Assembly (NCBI RefSeq): GCF_009914755.1
Contig: NC_060926.1
Length of the DNA stretch: 64,000 nt
From: the human T2T-CHM13v2.0 reference genome, Homo sapiens
Strand: one strand, 5' to 3'
Under the pieces are notes generated by a model. That model did no database searches, was not told where the DNA came from, and saw only the letters and a program-made list of their open reading frames with translations. The translations under genes and the position numbers were made by a program. Below, one piece after another: positions 55,485-64,000 of this stretch (position 1 is the stretch's first letter; every line of letters starts with the position of its first letter).

Positions 55485-57282
55485 TGTTACAGTATCCTTG
55501 GGTGTTGCTTTGCCAGCTGGAAATCTCTGTGGCCAGTGGCGCCTTTGCCTGAGTTTTGCTTGGGCCTGCTGGGCCCACCAGGCCTGGAAGGCTGTGCTCG
55601 GCACGTGCTACTGGCCTGTATCCCATACTTGCTAAGGGTGAGCAAAGCAGCAAGAGATGTGTGAGCAAGCGAACACTGGGACTGGCTACTGCACACAGCC
55701 AGTCATGCTAGCTGTGGTGGGGTGGGCAGCTCCAGGTGCCAGCCTGGGTGCCAGCTCACTGAGAAGCTGTGGTTTGATGAGGTGTACCACTAACAGCTTC
55801 CACTTGGAAGCTTGGAGATGCCAGGAACCACAGAGTCCCAAAGAGGGTGTCACAGCCCTGGGTCAGGGAGCTCCTAAGTCTGGGATCCCTAAAAGGGCAC
55901 AGCTCTTCTCTCCTCTCTTCTCTTCTTCTTGTCATCCACAATGTGGCAAGCATGGGGTATGTTTCAGCCCTGTTTGCGTTACTGCTCTTTCAGCCCCACC
56001 ATTTGGCAGGTCTCAAGTTCTTGTCCCATGTACAGGAAGAATGAGGTATGTAGAAAAGAGGAGAGTGAATAAAGAGGAGCTTTGTTGAGTAATAGACCAG
56101 CTCAGAAGAGACCCACAGTGGGTAGATCCTCTCCACAGCCAGGGTATCTCTGTGAGTATTCAGCTCTCGGCAGACTGGAGACCCTGGAATGGGTAGCTCC
56201 TCTCCAGAGGCAGGTCATCCCATCAAGTATACATTTCTCAGCAGAGACGAGACCCTGGAGTGTGTAGCTCCTCTCTATAGACAAGCTGTCCTATCAAGTG
56301 TTCATCTCTCAACAGAGAGGAGACCTTGGAGTGGATAGCTCCTCTCTACAGCTGTTAGTCCCATCATCTGCTGAGCTATCAGCATAGAGGAGACCCTGGA
56401 GGGGTAGCTCTTCTCCACAGGCAGGAAGTCCCAACATCACTTCAAGTCTGGCTGAGTCCAGGGATTTTATGGGCTTCAGAGGGGAGAAAGTGCATGCTGA
56501 TTAGCCCCTGTGTAGCCATGGGTTGGCCCAGAAAAATCACCATAAGTTCCCACTCCTGTCTGTGGGACTGGCAGCCTGGCCCCCAGTCTTTAGGCCTTCC
56601 CAAGCATGAAGGCGGGGCTTCACCAGGGACCCGCCCCTTTCTGCTCAGGAGCTTGTCTGCCTCCTGCCTCTGTTTGTGCATGGGGTGCCAGCTGTTTGTG
56701 CATGGGGTGCCAGCAGGCCAGGGCTGGGCTGCCCTTAGCACCCCCTCAGCCTCCCTCCTGTGCTCCTCAGTGTCCAAAGTGTGAAGGGGCCAAAGCAGCA
56801 GGGGGCTGGCACGTCAATGCTGCCCCGAGGGTGTGTACATCCAGCTGGGTTGCAACAGTGGCCAGGCTTGGCCTCAATTTTGCTCTGGGATCCAAGTGGG
56901 CACTGGGGAGAGGTCAGGCAGCAGAAATGGCACTTCTGAGCCTGTGGAGGGAGGGAGGCCTTCCTGGGCCCCTGAGAGTTCAGAGATGCCTTGGTCTGCA
57001 GCTGCAGCTTGGGTGGCTGCTGCTGTGTCTGAGAGGGTGGGGATCCTGCCTGCTCCTGGCCCCCAAGAGCACAGGGATGCCTGGGTCCCCAGCTGTGGCT
57101 GGGTGGCTGCAGCTGTGACTGGGGAGCACTAGGCTCCCACCTTGCCAACTCAGAAGGGGGTGGGGTTTCTGCCTGTTCCCGGCTCCTGCTGGCTCCATGG
57201 AGCACACGGCCCTGGCCGGGCATGCCTCACTGCATCTGGCATAATGGCAGCAGCCACTCCAGGTGAGACACTGCTGCCATCA
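55485..57282 (-). mobile_element. MER52 (ERV1) solo LTR
   Basis: The minus strand begins tgatggcagcag...cctggagtggctgctgcc and ends ...actgtaaca; ~1.8 kb, GC-rich; 4-bp flanks atat/ttat. Confidence 0.8.
56100..56440. repeat. ~70-bp tandem repeat (5 copies) inside MER52
   Basis: 'gagaccctggagtgggtagctcctctc' core at 56108, 56178, 56249, 56320 and 56390. Confidence 0.88.
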
Positions 57283-57971
57283 TTATGGTAGGGCTAATTC
57301 CTATTAATAAATTAATAATTCATCAGATTAAGAGGTCAATAGAAAAAATATTTATCATTGACTACACAGTAGAAAATATAATGGAAGAAAATACAATAAT
57401 CATTATTGATCAAAAAACAAAACAATGAAACCTAACTAAAATAAGAATAAAATAATTTTTAAAAATCTATCTCAATCTGGAAGCTGGCATCATGCTTTTA
57501 AAAAAATGAAATTAGAAGAAAGATATAGAAGTTTAGCCCTACTATTATTTAACATAATCCCAGAATTGTTCTCTAATGTAATTAGTCAAGAATATAAAAT
57601 TAGAGATATAAATATTAACCATAATTAAATTTTATGATTTATGATTCCTATGGTGGTTTATATAGCGAATCAGTTAAGACGGCACATGTGTAAAGCAAGA
57701 ACAATTATAGGCATGACAAAAAAATCTGCATTCAAAATATGCTCCAAATTGAAAACTTATGGTTTAGGGGATAACTTGACAAAGCCATTTTATAAAGGAA
57801 TTCTTAGAACAAACTTTGAAAATCACTGGAAAATATGGGTAAAAAGAGTGATGGAGGAAATCTCTGCTAGTTATTAAAATACACTATAAAGTTAAAATAA
57901 TTTAAAAATTAATATGTTAGTGTCAGAATAGAAAGTAAGCAACTGGAACAGGAAAAAAGTTTAGATATAGC

Positions 57972-57973
<2 letters not shown>

Positions 57974-58018
<45 letters not shown>
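57974..58018. repeat. (TG)~22 microsatellite
   Basis: Direct reading. Confidence 0.95.
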
Positions 58019-58020
<2 letters not shown>

Positions 58021-58498
58021 TTATTTCTCAATCCCTTTTGAAGTCTCAATGAATTTCTACTTGAAATATTCAACAAAAACTTAAAATTATGCATCTTCTT
58101 TGATTTAGCAATTTCACATATAAGAATTTAGCCTAAGGGGGAGAATCAGAAAATGTGTCAAAATGTATATACAAGGATAATTATCTGTCTTATTTGTAAT
58201 GCAACAAGTGAAAATAATTAATGATTCATAAAAAACATGGAAATTTATCATTGGAATTCTATGGCTATTAAAATAGTGATATAAATGTACAACTTTTGAA
58301 AGGTAGAGATGTCTACTTTGTACTACTAAGTGTATAAGCAAGTATATTTCAGTCTGATTGCATTTTGTAAAGATAGAATCAGCACATATATATTTTTAAA
58401 AGTCTGAAAGGAGAGCACATGGGATAGAGATGATGAAAATGTTTTATTTTCTTTCTATAGTTTCAGATGCTTTTATAGTAAGGTATTTTTAGTCTTAT

Positions 58499-58905
58499 TG
58501 TGTTAGACTATTCTTGCATTGCTATAAAGAAACACACAAGACTGGGTGATTTATGAAGAGAAGAAGTTTAATTGGCTCAAGTTTCTGCAGTTTGTACTAG
58601 CATGGTCCCAGCATCTGCTTGGCTTCTGGGGAGGCCTCAGGGAGCTTTTACTTATGGTGGAAGGTGAAGCAGAAAGCAGGCAGGTCATGTGGCCAGGGAA
58701 AGAGTAAAAGAGAGAGTAAGGGGGAGCAGTTGCCCCATAGTTTAAAACAATCAGATCAGATTTCATGAGAACTCACTATAGCAAAGACAGTCCCAAGCTA
58801 TGAGGTATCCAATCGAGCAAAATACCTCCCACCAGGCCCTACCTCCAACATTGTGGATTACATTTCAGCATGAGATTAGGGGAGACAAATATCCAAACTA
58901 TACCA
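58499..58905 (-). mobile_element. MST solo LTR
   Basis: tgtgttagactattcttgcattgctataaagaaa...ccaaactatacca, similar to the LTRs at 22472 and 24811; TSD cttat/cctat. Confidence 0.87.
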
Positions 58906-59649
58906 CCTATAATCATAAAAATATTATTGGTTGGTATAATTTAAGAGTAATGAGGAAGTCATTTATCTATTTCTCCTTTCTCCAGCTCCTTCTTTAACTT
59001 CATTCAATGTATTTCCAAAGTGTCACTCTAGCATTCTTAAAAAGGAAATGGTGATGTGACATGAAGAGGAGGCCAGGACAGAGTTACATTGCAGGATATA
59101 TTTCCTGAGCTCCTGTAAATAACTGTTATCCTTGGATATTCCTGGAAATATCTGGAAAGACTTGTGAATAAAAAGAATGCACTGAAACATGTGAGAGCTT
59201 ATACATACTGGTGTCTTGATGCTAACTTTACCTTGACTGCTTTTATATTCAAATTCTACTTGTGCGTAAGACATATAGGTAATTCATATATGAAAGTCAT
59301 CATTTCTAATTGCACACCCATGTACCTATCTAAAAAAAACTTTAAGTCATCAAAATATAGAGTTGCTTTAATGTTTGAATGGTATAAAACAAAAGTACAC
59401 TCTCAATGATAAATTATTTTTTATTTTATTTTATTTTATTATTATTATACATTAAGTTTTAGGGTACATGTGCACAATGTGCAGGTTAGTTACATATGTA
59501 TACATGTGCCATGCTGGTGTGCTGCACCCATTAACTCGTCATTTAGCATTATGTATATCTCCTAATGCTATCCCTCCCCCCCGCCCCCCACCCCACAACA
59601 GTCTCCAGAGTGTGATGTTCCCTTTCCTGTGTCCATGTGTTCTCATTGT

Positions 59650-63481
<3,832 letters not shown>

Positions 63482-63529
63482 TTATTTTGCTCATTAGTTG
63501 ATGCAGTTTATTCCTAGCCTCGATGGTCT

Positions 63530-64000
63530 TTACAATTTGGCATGATTTTGCAGTGGCTGGTACCGGTTTTTCCTTTCCATGTTTAGTGCTTCCTTCAGGA
63601 GCTCTTGTAGGGCAGGCCTGGTGGTGAGAAAACCTCTCAGAATTTGCTTGTCTGTAAAGTATTTTATTTCTTCTTCACTTATGAAGCTTAGTTTGGCTGG
63701 ATGTGAAATTCTGGGTTGAAAATTCTTTTCTTTAAGAATGTTGAATGTTGGCCCCCACTCTCCTCTGGCTTGTAGAGTTTCTGCTGTGAGATCCACTGTT
63801 AGTCTGATGGGTTTCCCTTTGGGGGTAACCCGACCTTTCTCTCTGACTGCCCTTAACCTTTTTTCCTTCATTTCAACTTTGGTGAATCTGACAATTATGT
63901 GTCTTGGAGTTGCTCTTCTCGAGGAGTATCTTTGTGGCATTCTCTGTATTTCCTGAATCTGAATGTTGGCCTGCCTTGCTAGATTGGGGAAGTTCTCCTG
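63530..64000 (-). pseudogene. L1 ORF1p C-terminal part (window-truncated; integrity upstream unknown)
   Basis: YSSRRATPRHIIVRFTKVEMKEK...ELLKEALNMERKNRYQPLQNHAKL, followed by a 63-nt spacer before ORF2. Confidence 0.93.

Larger units (their letters stand above)
46990..58480 (+). mobile_element. Ancient sense-strand L1M, fragmented (pieces ~47.0-47.6, 53.9-55.0, 55.3-55.5, 57.3-58.5 kb)
   Basis: A-rich decayed ORF1/ORF2 motifs in order: 'aaactatatatcacaatttatagaatg', 'aacaaatttggaagtctta', 'actattatttaacataatcccagaa', 'aaaatacactataaagtta'. Confidence 0.5.

Noticed and set aside
56100-56440. Regularly spaced repeats resembling a CRISPR array
   Set aside because: The 'spacers' are homologous to one another, so this is a plain tandem repeat in a eukaryotic LTR; no cas genes
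55411-57223. Cluster of long overlapping ORFs (up to 170 aa)
   Set aside because: All lie within the GC-rich MER52 LTR, where stop codons are rare; no recognisable domain

Overview
AT-rich, CpG-poor primate (human-like) nuclear DNA, either intergenic or deep intronic. I found no recognisable host protein-coding exon, RNA gene or CpG island. Nearly all ORFs in the track fall within transposons or are chance ORFs. The window is a layered transposon record: ancient L2/MIR/L1M fragments; DNA-transposon MITEs (MER58, MADE2, MER47, MER6A, MADE1, MER5); LTR elements (MLT2, a near full-length THE1, a full-length MST, a solo THE1 LTR, MER21 carrying MER41A, MER52, a solo MST); about nine Alus; an older minus-strand L1 (~47.6-53.5 kb); and a young L1PA3-like element running off the right edge with a frameshifted ORF2. 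The most unusual structures are (i) a tandemly duplicated ~375-bp fold-back inversion at a deletion junction inside the older L1 and (ii) a multi-level nest of MaLRs and Alus inside a single MER6A. Subfamily names come from recalled consensus sequences, not from a RepeatMasker run, and the boundaries of old repeats are approximate. I do not see evidence for a new biological system.
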